DNA from: Basidiobolus meristosporus CBS 931.73
Taxonomy: Eukaryota; Fungi; Basidiobolomycota
Assembly (NCBI GenBank): GCA_002104905.1
Contig: MCFE01000114.1
Span: forward strand, 62,001 to 126,000
Length of the DNA: 64,000 bases
Direction: 5' to 3'
The notes beneath the pieces were generated by a model. The model ran no database searches and was not told the origin of the DNA. It saw nothing but the letters and a program-made list of their open reading frames with translations. Shown in pieces: positions 24,605 to 38,455 of the stretch. The first letter of the stretch is position 1, and every line of letters begins with the position of its first letter. A program made the position numbers and the translations under genes.

Positions 24605-25671
24605 TGTGGTGGTGTTTAAGTCCAAGGGAGAGATACTTCCAACACTTCTCAAGTGTTTTGTGTGTGGGGTGTTCACTGGGTGTAATAACCTCCGGCAAAA
24701 GCTTGCTAGGAATACTTGGGTTCTCTCTCTAATCTGATGTGATGGGGAATAAAGCCATAAGCTTGTCAAGGCAAAGCTATTGAGCTACAATCCCCAACTT
24801 GGTTGGTGTCTTAACAAAAGTATGTGCTGGGTTCAGTGTCCTTTGAGATTATATGGTACTAAAGCTTCCAAAGTCAAAACAACTGTAAACTCCAGCAGCA
24901 GGGACTTGATAAGAATGCAGCTGTGGTCAATAGCTACAAAGACAGAAAAGTATCTCTACGTGTACAGGAACAAACTCGGGAAAAAATCAAATATAATAAA
25001 AGATACCTACACTGAGTATTCCTCACAAGTAGTGCCTCAAAGGTCAGTTGGCTGTCAGTGTGGTTTCCTGGAAGTGTCCTGTGGTCTGGGGCTGGAAGTT
25101 CAGGTTGCGGTAGGTAGCAGTGATCACACTAATCAACAAGTTGGTAAATTGATAAAAGGGATGATGATTTATTGTTGAGGGATAGCCTCTCTTGTATACT
25201 TTTCTTACAGGCTAAGTGATTACTAATAATGGTGTTCCAGAAGGTTCCAGATGTCAATAGAAATCTTAATGACAACAAAATGACCTAAGAATGTTCTTGG
25301 ATGGTGCCAGAAGGTTCTAAGTGGCACAGCACATCCAACCAATCAGGAATCAGTACTCTGAAACCTGTGTAACATAGTGATACCATATGGGATGGAAATA
25401 GTAGGGATGGTGACATGGGTTGATCATGTGTCATGGGTACTGGTGCAGGTACTTGCCTAATATAGAAGCACTTACTGCTAGTAATCTACATACAATGGGG
25501 GTTAACTTATGCAATAGGTAAGTAGATGTGATAGTCAATTGGCATTTGAGATAGTACTGATCAGGTAAGACAAATGGGATAAAACTAAAATAAGGATAGT
25601 AGAGAAACAGGGAAGTAGAAAATATGGGAATGAGCAAATCTGCCAGTGGGTGTCACTGTCACCCCACTACA
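24605..25671 (-). repeat. Solo LTR, family D (1067 bp)
   Basis: TGTAGTGGGG...CACCACCACA on the minus strand; homologous to 41753-42342; flanks GTGG and GCAG fit a CpG-decayed 4-bp TSD GCGG. Confidence 0.75.
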
Positions 25672-28260
25672 GCAGTATCCAATTGCGGATGTGATGCAAA
25701 CATTACAAGTTGGCACAATCATCTGCGCCAACCTTATTGTGTCAGATAGTGCCACAGTGTACAAGATTGTCCCACATGGTGCAAAACGGTCTTAGAGCAA
25801 TTCAGCCTACTGGTAGCCATAATATTGCACCCAACTGTTCTTAGAGACAGTGTGTTGCTCCACACTTCCTGGCACAGTGGAATGGAACAAGTGTATTGCA
25901 CCTACATCATTATTAGATTCAATGATGACCCACCATAATAAGCATTATAAACATAGTTGTGGCACAACATATACACATATATGTAATATCATTTTCCCTT
26001 TGGTTTGACTCACTTCCATATATATGCTGCCATAAAACAAAGCAAAGTTGTCTGCTTTGCAACCAAACCTCACTGCTGATGGCAGCAAAAGAATGGTTGG
26101 ACAACAGCTTGTGTTGATATTCAGTGCAACAAGCAGGGCTACATCCAGAAAAGGCCATATTTGTTGTAAAAATTTGAAATTCCACCTAATACTCACCTTA
26201 CTTAGTCACTTAGATCATTACCCTTAAATCCAAGAGAATACTGATCAAATCCTTGTAAGGATTTACTTAGAATATTTGTACCAAAATACCAGGTACCCAA
26301 AATATGAAGATTCTCAAAGTTGTCCAAACAGCGCCAAACTTTGCACTCATATTCTTGGGCCTGCCTTAGTCTACTCTATATGCTTGTAATGCCAAGCCCA
26401 TGTAAAGTTCTAATATTACTTTTGCATTCAATAAATCATTAAATGAAAGGCACATAATCTACTTGTCCTCCCAATCACTTCCAATATCTCCAAAACTCAT
26501 ACAGCAGGTCATGAGCCCCTAGCTGTCACTCTCTGCAATGTCTACTACTGCTATTACTGGAATTTCTCCCTATACCAAAAAGTTGGATGGATCTAACTAC
26601 CAAGTGTGGAAGGTGTAAATGAAGACATTTCTACAAGAAAGAGGCCTTTGGGATATTGTCATAGGAGAAGAATGCTCTCCTAAATACATGGGATAGGAAG
26701 CCCCAAAGTATCAGAAGAAAGAGAAAAGGGCCTTTGACTTCATTTGCCTTAATGTTAAAGACAAATTGCTAATTCAATGCCCAAGAGCAAAAACAGCAAA
26801 GAAAGCCTGGAAGGCATTAGAAGACACCTACCAGTCATGTTCAGCTGCTAAGAAAATGTATCTAACACAAAAATTCCTTAATACAAAGTTGCTGCCAGGA
26901 GCAGAAATAGAAAACTTAATTAACATAATTACCCTGCTGGTGGATGAAATGTAATCTGTGGGTGTACCAACTACTGTCAAGGATATGCTAGTTACCATCC
27001 TGAAAAGCCTGAGAGACAAGTTTCAGGGCCTTGTATCAGCCCTAGAGTCCAGAACTGAATATCTGACCTTAAACTACATACATGGAAGGCTCCTGGATGA
27101 AGAATTATGAGAACCAAGCGCCAATAGGAAGGAAGAAGATGATGCTTTAATGAGCAATGATTACCAACAAAGGAGGTACACAAGACCTGAAAAAGGCAAC
27201 AGCAACCTGTTTTGTAACTTCTGCAAAAGGAAAGGACACACATCAGACCAGAGCTTTAAAAAGAGCAATAGTCAGCAGAAAAAGCCTGAATATGGAAATG
27301 CTGCTGCAACTGAAGATAGACTATTCATATCTGCACTAAATATAACCACTAACACATATTTGCAGAAGTGTTATATTGACTCTGGACCATCCCAAAACTT
27401 TACGCACCAAAAAGAACTTGTTACTCAATATCAAGAAGTTTCATTTAAGAAGGTTTTCATATGTGACAATAAAAACTTGATGCAGTGGGAGAAGGAACTA
27501 TCTACGTAAACCTTCAAAGCGGTGAAAGAAGCCATACACTGATCTTTGAAGAAATACTCTATGTACCAGAAATAGCCAAGAACCTACTTTCTGTAAGCAA
27601 AGTCATTGCAAAAGGACTCAGTTTCAGCTTTGACAATTCTGTATGCAAGATCACTGTTCATAATGGTGCCCATATTGCTTTGGGTATCAGAGATCAGAAT
27701 CCATGCAAGTTGACTTATATTCCATTGTACTTGGAAGCCAATATAAGTAACTTGAATGAAGAAATGCCAATGCTTTATACAGGAGATTTGGACACTTCAA
27801 TTTTGATTATTTGTGCAAAATGATCACAGATCAGCTAATTTCCAGAGTAAATATTGATCCCCCAGCTGATTTGGGACACTGTGAAGCCAGCATATATGGG
27901 CAACAAGCCAGACAACTGTTCAACAGCTCTGGGTTGATCAAAACTAAGATAAAATTAGATATAATTTACTCCAATATGTGTGGACCTATGCAAAATATTT
28001 CCATAGGCAGGATGAGTATTTAATAGACTTGTTCCATTAGATAGTGCCACATTGAGCCATGCGTGCCAAATGATGCCATAGTGTGCCAGAGAGGCCAATT
28101 GAGCCTCAACCTGGCCACAGAGTGTGAAACATAGCTCTGCATCTTCACGTAAAGCAGCCCCTGTGTTTCACCCATTGCGCAGGAGAAAATCCATTTTTTG
28201 ACCTTTTTTTTTGGATCAATGTTGTGCAGGATGTATTAGAGCACAATCAGATTGAAGATA

Positions 28261-28629
28261 TGTTGAAATATTGGACTATTTGGTATCATTCAGCAGCTAA
28301 AAATTTACTTAACAATTCTAGGCTAGTCTTAGTCACTGTAGGACTCATTTACTGCCTTTACTTTGCCACTTTCTCCAGATATATGATCTTATGATTATTC
28401 CCCTATAGTCAGGATCAAATTAGTACTATTACCAAACATTATGTACTAACCCTGAAACTGTTACAGAATGCTCCTGAATATTGAGAAACCCTCCCTACTT
28501 AGTGTTGCAGCTGTATTACTTCTACAAAGGTATAAATACTGAGCTTCTTTATGAATAAACAACAGTTCAACTATTATTACTATTTCTTGATAAGTTCCTT
28601 ATATCCAAATCACTTCTTAAATTGCAACA
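28261..28629 (+). repeat. 5' LTR of copia A
   Basis: TGTTG...CAACA; identical to 32578-32946 except T28364 vs C32681. Confidence 0.98.
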
Positions 28630-28642
28630 GGTTATGAGCCCC
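28630..28642 (+). promoter_or_regulatory. PBS complementary to the tRNAiMet anticodon stem-loop (half-tRNA priming)
   Basis: GGTTATGAGCCCC directly after the LTR pairs with GGGCUCAUAACC of initiator tRNA-Met. Confidence 0.85.
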
Positions 28643-28665
28643 GATTGCCTTAATCTATTCTAAAG

Positions 28666-31600
28666 ATGACTTCTACCAGCAAACAAAGCAATACCAACAT
28701 CTTCGCTGTAAAGGAGAGGTTTGATGGGAAGAACTACAGACTTTGGAGAATCAAGATGCAGATCCACCTTGAGGAAAGAAAGCTTTGGAATATAGTAACA
28801 GGAAAGGAAGTTGAGCCCAAAGGAACAGCAGAAGATGTGGAGAAGTTTCAAGAGAAGGAGAGAAAGGCCTTCAATGCAATATGCATCAATGTGCAAGACT
28901 CCTTCATTGGACAAATCCATGCCTCAAATACTGCCAAAGCAGCATGGGAATCCTTGGAGAAGATCTTTAGAGCAAAGTCAGTATCAAGCAAGCTTTATTT
29001 GAAACGAAAGTTCTTCAACATGAGAAAAAAGCCAGATGATGACATGCTACAACTCATTACCAGAATGGAGACACTTGCAGAAGAACTTTACAGTATTAAT
29101 GCTGGTGTAGATGATGAAGAAAAGATACTCTGTCTGCTTTGCAGCCTACCAGACAAATATGAGCCACTCATACTTTCTTTTGAAAGCAGAGAAGACAACT
29201 TGACTTTAGACTATGTCAAAGGAAGACTTCTCCATGAAGAACTCAGACGTAATGACCAAGCAGAGAAAATTGAAGATAATGCTTTATTCAGTTCAGAAAG
29301 GCATACAGAAAAGAAGGGAAAGCAACAAAACCGAAGAAAACCTGGCTGCTGTAACTACTGTAAGAAGCCAGGACACTGGGCAAGAGAATGCAAGAAGAAA
29401 CAAGCAGACGAAAAACAGAAACTAGAGCAGGCAAACCATATAACTACTGATGAACAGCTATTTGTCACTGTACAAGAGAGTGCAAGTAACCGAAGTAATG
29501 AATGGTATATTGACTCTGGAGCATCACAGCATATTTGTGGTATAAGGGATTGGTTCAGCAACTTAAAGACTATTCCCGTAAGAAAGGTTTATCTGGGAGA
29601 TAACTCTGCATTGGAAGCTACCGCCAGTGGGTCCATACAACTAAATATGAGTGATAACTCAGGGGCAACAACAGCAAAACTGACTGACGTACTCTATGTA
29701 CCTGGAATAGCTAAGAACCTACTCTCAGTCAGTAAAGCAACTACTCAGGGACTGAAATTCGTTTTTACTAAGCTGAGCTGCTCAATATTGAGTGAAAATG
29801 GACAAAAATTAGCTTCGGGAATCAGAGATCACAATATATACAAGTTACAATGCAAGATCATTGTACCTGAGTATGTCAACATTGCTGAAACCGGTGAAAC
29901 CAACTGGGAGACGTGGCATAGGAGGCTAGGACACATAGGGAACAGAAAATGAGCCAATTGGTGAAAAATCAGCTTGTTTTGGGCCTAAAATACTCAATTC
30001 CGATCAAATTGAATGTTTGTAAAGGATGTTCATATGGCAAACAAGCTAGGCAACGTTTCAAGAGCTCAGAAGGCATCAATACCACCGAAATATTGGCTAT
30101 TGTACACTCAGACATATGTGGCCCCATGAGAACACTGTCCTTTGGAGCCAAGAGATACTTTATGACGTTTATTGATGACAAGACAAGATATACATGGGTG
30201 TACTTCCTCAAAACAAAGGATGAAGCTTTAGAGACGTTTAAGCACTTCAAGAACATGGCAGAAACACAAACTGGGTGTAAATTGAAGGTACTACGAAGTG
30301 ACAATGGAGGAGAATACTGCTCAAAGGAGTTTTCAAAATACTGCTTGTCTACTGGTATACTTCAACAGACCACAGTTCCTCATACTCCACAGCAAAATGG
30401 AGTAGCAGAACGTGCAAACAGAACAATAGTAGAGATGGGAAGATCTATGCTACATGATATGGGAATGGACTACAAGTTTTGGGCTGAATCTGTTGCTACC
30501 GCTGTATACATCAAGAACAGATGCCCAACAACAGCACTACGTGATTCTACACCCTTTGAAGCATATACAGGCAAAAAAACCAGATCTCCAGCACCTCAGG
30601 ATCTTTGGCAGTGATGTTTTTTATCACATCCCTGACAAAAAACGCTCAAAGTTGGAACCAAAGAGTAGAAAAGGGATCTTTCTTGGGTATTGTGAAGGTA
30701 CTAAAGGGTATAGAGTGTATGATGGCGAAATTCAGAAGCTGATCAAGAGCAGGGACGTTGTATTTGAGGAGAATTCAGATCAGAAAGCCACAGAAATCAT
30801 TGGCCAGCTGCCTGATGATGCAATCAACACAAATGAAGAAGATACGTACCAAATCCAGCCAGAGATGGAAGATACTTCTACCAGTTCCAGATCAGAACAG
30901 ATTATCCCAGTTAGGAGATCTACCAGAATAAGAAATGCCCCTGGATCCTGGTGGCAGACATCCAATGATCATGAAGAAGCTTATCTTGCCTTATGTGCCG
31001 AACCTCAGAATCTGGAACAGGCAATGCAAGGTCCAGATGCTACTAAGTGGCAACAAGCCATGCAGGAGGAGTACCAATCACTGATCAAGGCAAAAACGTG
31101 GGAACTAGTAGATTTACCAAATGGGAGAAAGCCAATAGGATGTAGATGGGTCTATAAGATCAAGATAACCTCAAATGGTGCCGTTGATAAGTACAAGGCT
31201 AGATTGGTAGCTAAAGGCTATTCCCAGATCCAGGGACTAGACTTTAAGGAAACATTTGCTCCGGTGGCCAAGTTTAACTCTATTAGGACAGTTCTAGCCC
31301 TGGCAGCTGTACACAGTCTAGATCTACACCAAATGGACGTCAAAACAGCCTTTCTAAATGGGGATTTGCAAGAGACTATATATATGGAGCAACCAGAAGG
31401 TTTTACCGATCCAAAAAGCCCCCATAAGGTGTGCAAACTTAGAAAATCGTTGTATGGGCTTAAGCAGGCACCCAGAGCATGGTATAACAAGATTGACACA
31501 TATCTAGAGGAAATTGGGTTCTCTTGTAGCACTGCAGATCACAGTATATATGTGAAACAGCTCAAAAAGGGTGTGATCATCCTAGTTCTTTATGTGGACG

Positions 31601-32583
31601 ACCTAATTATAGCTACAAGTGATCAAGAGGCACTTAAACAGACGAAATCAGATCTCTTCAGCAAGTTTGAGATGAAAGATCTTGGAAAATTGAGCTATTT
31701 TCTTGGAATTGAGGTCAAATTTGACATACCAACGCAGAAAATTGTGCTGAATCAGTCTAAGTACATCAGGGACATTCTTAGACGCTTCAAAATGGAAAAT
31801 TGCAAACCTGCAGCAACCCCTATGGACAATAACCTGAAATTAAGCAAATCTCAGCCAGTTATGGATGAAAACGGCTCAAATATGGACCAAAACTTTCCCT
31901 ATCAATCAATGGTCGGTAGCCTATTGTACTTGATGGTGTCTACACGTCCAGATATTGCAGTAGCAGTTGGAATAGTCAGTCAATTCATGCAGAATTATGG
32001 ATCAGATCAAATTGCAGCAGTTAAGCGGATTTTCAGATATCTACAAGGTACCATAAATATGGTACTGGAATACTCTGGAGCAGCTAATAGGCGAAAATTT
32101 GATGGTTATAGTGATTCAGATTGGGGTAGAGATCTGATTGACAGACGCTCTACCACAGGCTATGTATTTCTTTATGCTGGTGCAGCTATTACTTGGAATT
32201 GCAAGAAACAACCAACTGTGGCACTATCTACAACTGAAGCCGAATATATGGCTGCATGTCAAGCAACTAAGGAGGCTATATGGCTACGAAAATTATTCAA
32301 AGACTTAGGTTTTAATTCAGGTGAACCAACATGTATTTACAAGGATAATCAAAGTTGTATTTCATTAGCTAGAAATCCTACTAATCATGCCAGAACTAAG
32401 CACATTGATATACAGCATCACTTTGTGAGGGAAGCTGTAGAAAATAACTTAGTAGAGCTGGTTTACTGCCCAACTGACAAAATGGTGGCAGACATATTGA
32501 CAAAACCACTAGCTAGGCCACAGTTTGAGATCCTTAGAGAGAAATTGGGATTAAGAAATTATTTAGTTGAGGGGGAGTGTTGA
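28666..32583 (+). CDS. Copia Gag-Pol polyprotein (1305 aa if two compensating 1-nt homopolymer indels are corrected)
   Basis: CNYCKKPGHWAREC, WYIDSGAS, WHRRLGH, CKGC, VHSDICGP/RSDNGGEY/AERANR, LYVDD, YSDSDW..TEAEY..ADILTK; frameshifts at A4 29946-29949 and A7 30573-30579. Confidence 0.93.
32569..32577 (+). promoter_or_regulatory. Polypurine tract of copia A
   Basis: GAGGGGGAG immediately before the 3' LTR. Confidence 0.9.
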
Positions 32584-32946
32584 AATATTGGACTATTTGG
32601 TATCATTCAGCAGCTAAAAATTTACTTAACAATTCTAGGCTAGTCTTAGTCACTGTAGGACTCATTTACTGCCTTTACTTCGCCACTTTCTCCAGATATA
32701 TGATCTTATGATTATTCCCCTATAGTCAGGATCAAATTAGTACTATTACCAAACATTATGTACTAACCCTGAAACTGTTACAGAATGCTCCTGAATATTG
32801 AGAAACCCTCCCTACTTAGTGTTGCAGCTGTATTACTTCTACAAAGGTATAAATACTGAGCTTCTTTATGAATAAACAACAGTTCAACTATTATTACTAT
32901 TTCTTGATAAGTTCCTTATATCCAAATCACTTCTTAAATTGCAACA
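32578..32946 (+). repeat. 3' LTR of copia A
   Basis: 369 bp, followed by TSD AGATA. Confidence 0.98.
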
Positions 32947-33666
32947 AGATATGCATCTGGTACTCAATACCCATGGCACTCTGAATCTAGCTCCTGTAGC
33001 TTGTATCATGTCACAAAAATGAATGGCACTATCTTGGTCCACTGGTACTATCTGGCACCATAAGTGCTTTGTATAGATCTTACTTTAGGGCTAATATTTA
33101 AATATAGTGCCAGATAGTACCAGTGGACCAAGATAGTGCCATTCATTTTTGTGACATGATACAAGCTACAGGAGCTAGATTCAGAGTGCCATGGGTATTG
33201 AGTACCAGATGCATATCTTCAATCTGCTTGTGCTCTAATACATCCTGCACAACATTGATCCAAAAAAAAAGGTCAAAAAATGGATTTGCTCCTGCGCAAT
33301 GGGTGAAACACAGGGGCTGCTTTACATGAAGATGCAGAGCTATGTTTCACACTCTGTGGCCAAGTATAGGCTCACTTGACCTCTCTGGCACACTATGGCA
33401 TCATTTGGCACTCATGGCGCAATGTGGCACTATCCAACGGAACAAGTCTAATCACTTTTGTTGATGATTATGCAAGATACTTGGGTTTACTTCATGGAGA
33501 GAAAGGAACAAGCTCTGGTTTAGCTCAGGAAGTCCAAAACTATGGTGGAGAGAGAAACTGATGAAAAAATCAAGACAATATGCTCTGAAAATGGTGGAGA
33601 GTATATCTCAAAACTCTTCATTCACTTCTGCAAAATTCATGGGGTAAAGCAAGACACTACTTCACA

Positions 33667-33846
33667 TACTCCCCACAGCAAAATTGAGTAGCAGAACAAG
33701 CTAACAGATCAATAATTGATACGGCAAGATCTATGATCCATGGTCAAAAATTATCCTACTCCCTAGAGCAAAATGGAGTAGCAAACATGCTAACAGATCA
33801 ATAATTGATAAGGCACAATCTATAATTCATGATCAAAAATTATCCT
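33667..33846 (+). repeat. ~90-bp tandem duplication inside the copia B integrase relic
   Basis: TACTCCCCACAGCAAAATTGAGTAGCAG...TTATCC recurs as TACTCCCTAGAGCAAAATGGAGTAGCA...TTATCC. Confidence 0.8.
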
Positions 33847-36299
33847 ACAATTTTTGGGTGGAATCAGTTGCCACTGCTGTATACCTTAGAAATTGGAGTA
33901 ATAACCAAATACTTTGTGATTTTAGACCATCTGAAGCATGGTATGGGTACAGACCAAGTGCAGAACATCTAAGAATATCTGAGTGTACAGCATATGCCAA
34001 CAAACTGCCTGGAAATCAGTCAAAGATTTTGCCAAAAAGTTTAAAATGCATATTTTTGGGTTACTGCAATAAGAGTAAGTCATACAAACTTTACAATACC
34101 AAAGCGATGAAGCTAATCAAGTCAAGGGATGTGATGTTTGATGTAAACTCAAAATTCTCACATAAAAAGACATCAGATGATGATGAAAGTCTGATCTCAA
34201 GTTTACCAATTGTCAGGATTGAATCAGAGCAAAACAACAAGAAATTTCTCACTGCATGCAACTCTACACCTATGGATCAGCCAGAACCAGTGCCCAGTAG
34301 TATCCCAGAAGTGATCATTTGAATATCAAATGCCAGGAGATCCAATCAGAAAAGAAATAGCCCAAATTACTATATCAATGAGGGTACAAGCTTAGCCTAT
34401 GCCTATTCAGCCCATATTGATGAACCTCATACTGTAAAAGAGGCCCTAAATAGCCCTCAGACAAAGTTTTGGAGATCTGCAATGACTGAGAAATATTGGG
34501 CCCTGATGGAAAATCAAACTTGGGACTTAATCAAGTTACCAATCAACTAAATTCAACTGGATGCAGATTGGTCTTTTAGACAAAATACATGGCTGATGGT
34601 TCAATTGAATGATACAAAGCAAGACTTATGGCCAAAGGATACTCTAAAACAAAAGGACTTGACTACACTGAGCCCTTTGCATGAGTAGCCAAGTTTAATT
34701 CCATCATATCAACATTGGCTATTGCAGCCCAATACAAGCTTTTTATACATCAAATGGATGTAAATGCTGCATTATTGAATGGAGAACTTGATGAGGACAT
34801 GTATATAGACCAGCCTGATGGGTTTGTTGATAAAGATAACCCCCATTCAGTGTGCAAGCTGAGAAAGTCTCTATATGGTCTCAAACAATCACCAAGAGCC
34901 TGGATTGCAAGATACATTCTTATTTGGAATCTCTGAGTTCCATGGCTAAAAACCAGTGGCATCCTCAAGTGCCAATTACAGGCAGGACTAAAAGCTCCAG
35001 TGAATTATCAAAGAAATGTCAGGTAGCTGAAAGAGTGCAAATATGGGACAAGCAGGCAGACTCAGATGCAGCAGCACAATATTTATGAAGGAAAAGTGTA
35101 GTACTACTCAAGTAGCACTTGGTAAAGTAGCAGTGAAGGACCTGGCAGTGATAAATACCAGCTACTTTCTCAGGAGCCTGTCACAACTACAGCTGAAAGC
35201 TCAAAACAAGGGGTAAAGAAACATTCAGCTGCTATAGGAGTTCCAGCAAGGGGCATATGGGCCAAAGCAGATGCATTAGAGCAGCATTTCTCAAGAAGAA
35301 AACATATTTAAGTACATGCAGCACTCAGACAAAGTAGTAGTAAAAGACCTGGCAGTGATAAAGGAAAAGTTAAAGGGAAAAAAGATTACCCAAGCCAGAG
35401 ACAGGGACAAAGAAGGGAAAACCTGCAGCTCTGGCCAATTAATTTCAAAAGCCAGGAACAGACTAATTCTCATCATAGTTAAGACGGATTACCAACAAGA
35501 AAACGGCTGTTTTCACAAGAGTTAGACGCAGAGCCAGATGAGCTACACTGCAGCAAGGTAGATGAGTTTGCAGAGAAAGGCGATTTGTCTACTGAATCCT
35601 CCACATTCTCCATTGCTGACAGAGTTGAGATCACACTAACAGACAAAGTAACAACATCAAGAACTCAAATGGTTACCACACTGCCTTCAGTGGAGTTTTG
35701 GAACTTTAATAAGCACACAAAATGGTTGAAGGACTTCTTCAAGAGCAGTACTCAAGAATACACACTTGAATATTCAAGGACTGGTTGCAAAGACTGGCAG
35801 ATGAGGAGCTAGACCTTGCAGTGGCAGCTGAAGTCCAGGATATATGGGAATCAGTGAATGAGCAGTGGAATAAAGCTGCATGGTTCCTACTGGAGTCATA
35901 AAAACAAAGTATTACAGCAGAGATACTTTTAAGTGGCGGATATTAATGGAGTTACTTGTTGAGTTTGGGGTTTGGCAAATGTTAGTGTAGGCTGTAGGGA
36001 CTGGCATAGGGCAATGCTATTAGCAACTGAGGTACAACTGAAGTTTCAACAAAATAAATCAAAATGTATGCACTTGAGTAAGTGAAATGCTTGGGTTGGG
36101 AAGTAAGGAGTGTAAAAAAGAGTCAATAGCCAATCAATGCACACAAATGCAGGACTGGGGGGATTTATACCTCTTAGTCACAGGACTTAGAATTTGTGGT
36201 GGCCTTTTGCAGGGATCATCACATTAACTTTTAATGGGTAGAGTTGTTGGCACATGTTGGTATCAAGATGGTTTCTGAATCATATGTACCAGCTGCTTA

Positions 36300-37008
36300 C
36301 CCTTTGAAAAATTATGCAATGATCCCATCACATTTGCTGCCACAAACTTAAATCTGTGGGACTAACAGGTTATGATCCTGTCAGGATGCTGTGCAAAGAC
36401 TGGCTAAAAAATAATTGCTCCTAGATTCCAAAAAAACCTAGTCACAATTCTTCATCACAACAATAAATCAGTGGCATTTGATTAGTTCTCTCCCAATACT
36501 CCCACTTTTTGATCCTAGACACATATTTGCCTCCTATGTTTGTGTATACTGATTAGCTATTGCCTCTTTTTCACACATTCTACTTCCTGACCCAGCCATT
36601 TCTCTTACTTTTCATGCCTACAAATAGATTTATTTCTGTTGAAACTTCAGTTGTACCTCAATTGCCCATTGTATTGACGTATTCAGGTCCTGTACAAGTC
36701 CCTGTGCCCTACACTAACATCAAGTCCAACCCCAAACTCAACAAGCAACTCCACAACAATCCACCACTTAATAAGTATACCAGCTGTGAAGCTCTGTTTC
36801 CATGACTTTGGGAGAACCCAATGGCATTATGCCTCTGCTCATTTACTTGTTCCCATATGGCCAGGTCTTCAGCTGGCACTGCAAGTTCTAGCAGCTCATC
36901 TGCCAGTCTCTGCAACACATTGTTGCAATATTCAAGTGCTCTTCTTGAGCACTGCTCCTGACAAAGTTCTACAGCCTCTTGGAGTGCCTTTTAATGTTCC
37001 AGAATTCC
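36300..37008. mobile_element. CACTA terminal fragment (ORF2-side end)
   Basis: Starts CCCTTTGAAAAATTATGCAATGATCCC and matches 6420-7120. Confidence 0.75.
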
Positions 37009-38329
37009 TCCAATGAAAAATAACTTGGTCCTGCAGGTGAATCCAATCCAGATTGGCTGTAAGCATCCTGACAGTAGACCACTATAATAGAAGAAGCCTG
37101 GAATCTATGACCATCTTCACAATCTTGTGACAGGATTACAACATTGTTTAGCTAATTTTACAGCCAAATAAAGTTAATACAATACAATGGTGTTTGTACA
37201 GTGATTTGCCAAGGATGAAATGGCATTGTTGTGGTCTTAGAGTGTTCTACAGTTATTTGAGTGGATCTGACCAGCCAGTATATCAAATTGCCTTATAGGG
37301 TAAAAAATATAATGGTTTTTGGATGGCCACTTTGCAAGCCTCTGATGGCATTATCATGAGAGAATGGTGGCCTAAAGCTTGTTTGATATAATGCTAATGT
37401 ACCAACTCACCAAATGGTATTTCCTTTTTCCACCTCCCCTTGTGCAAATCATATATTTCACTGAAGAATCACCCCACTTTATTTGCTCACCTACTACTTC
37501 CTTATGTATTCCACATATAGCTGGAATCAAAAAAACTATGGCCTCCTGCTTACTAACATCTACAATCACAAACATCTGCTGCAATTGACATACTTCTATC
37601 AGCTCAACTCTGTGACTCTTTAGTGTGATGCTCGCAAAGTTACCATATACCTTGTATTGCTGGTAACATACACATCTTGCAAACATATGCCTGGTTACCA
37701 CCACTTCTGCCATGGATACCTCCTGAATATCTGCAAATAACTTCTTAGTATCAAGCCAATATATTCCATCCCCCTGCTGGACTCAAGTCCCCCTTATAGG
37801 TGTGTTCTGGCTCTTGCTTGTGTGAGTTCCGTATTGAATGGTGTAGAAATTTGCTTGTGACCAAGAGAAATCCGACATACCTTGGCAGAGTTTTCCTAAT
37901 GAAAATTATTTGCTTGTTGCACACAACCCAACTTTGCATTACTTTACTGATTACCCAAGCATTGGGACAGCTTAGCTTCTGAGAGTCATAGTCATAGGTG
38001 TCTCCATGTGCAAATCTGTCCTCAGTACTTTCCAACTCTTCCTTGCTGTCACCCATGTGCCAACTCATCATATCCAAGATGGACTTGAAGGTTATATTCT
38101 TGATGAGATTGGGATATGGTAGTACCTGTAACCTGATTTGACTTCCTATCTTTGCACACCTCTGCTGCATAGGAAACTCCCAAAAGGTGAAGAAAGGCTA
38201 AATGCTCTCCACACACCAAGCAATATGGAGTAGCAAGTATATACAGTAGTGGCAGAGATCTACATTTTCAGCTTTATGCCTATGCTAAGCTCCCTATTCC
38301 TCTACAACTCTTATATAAATAATTGTAAC

Positions 38330-38455
38330 AGCATGAAGATGAAGGGCTATGTTTCACACTCTGTGGCCATCTATAGGCTCACTTGCCTCCCTAGTGCACT
38401 ATGGCATCATTTGGAACTCCTGACTCAATGTAGAACTATCCAACAAAACAAATTT
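38330..38455. mobile_element. Fragment of a fold-back element arm
   Basis: GCTATGTTTCACACTCTGTGGCC...AAAACAAATTT followed by AAT. Confidence 0.7.

Larger units (their letters stand above)
21556..25894 (-). mobile_element. PHIS-superfamily (PIF/Harbinger-ISL2EU-like) DNA transposon relic, 4339 bp
   Basis: Termini AGACTTGTTC...GGAACAAGTGT, TSD ATT on both sides; host TGAGACATT/GCACC rejoins; encodes a DDE_Tnp_4-like transposase remnant. Confidence 0.85.
28261..32946 (+). mobile_element. Young full-length Ty1/copia retrotransposon, family A (4686 bp)
   Basis: 369-bp LTRs differing at one site, 5-bp TSD AGATA, PBS, PPT and all pol domains present. Confidence 0.98.
28025..33449. mobile_element. 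Fold-back non-autonomous element of the PHIS family, split by copia A
   Basis: AGACTTGTTCC...GGAACAAGTCT, TSD AAT; the left arm is interrupted at 28260, spacer 33059-33106, right arm 33107-33449. Confidence 0.92.
26162..34940 (+). mobile_element. Ty1/copia family B relic (5' LTR 26162-26506), interrupted by the fold-back element; 3' end deleted
   Basis: LTR, PBS GGTCATGAGCCCC, then gag/PR/IN/RT fragments colinear with 58057-61330; joins CACTA ORF2 sequence at ~34940. Confidence 0.88.
4272..36238 (-). mobile_element. Outermost CACTA copy 1, in pieces: ~4272-6419, 19189-20249, 20948-21555, 25895-26161, ~34940-36238
   Basis: The pieces are colinear with 11340-17111 and rejoin across TSD-bounded inserts. 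Right TIR-like end ...ACTTTTAATGGG at 36238; left TIR degraded, so the outer TSD is not recoverable. Confidence 0.6.

Noticed and set aside
29940-30620. Programmed ribosomal frameshifting in copia A
   Set aside because: Copia Gag-Pol is normally one ORF; the two shifts fall within the integrase region, lie in A-runs and cancel out, which fits indels or sequencing error better.
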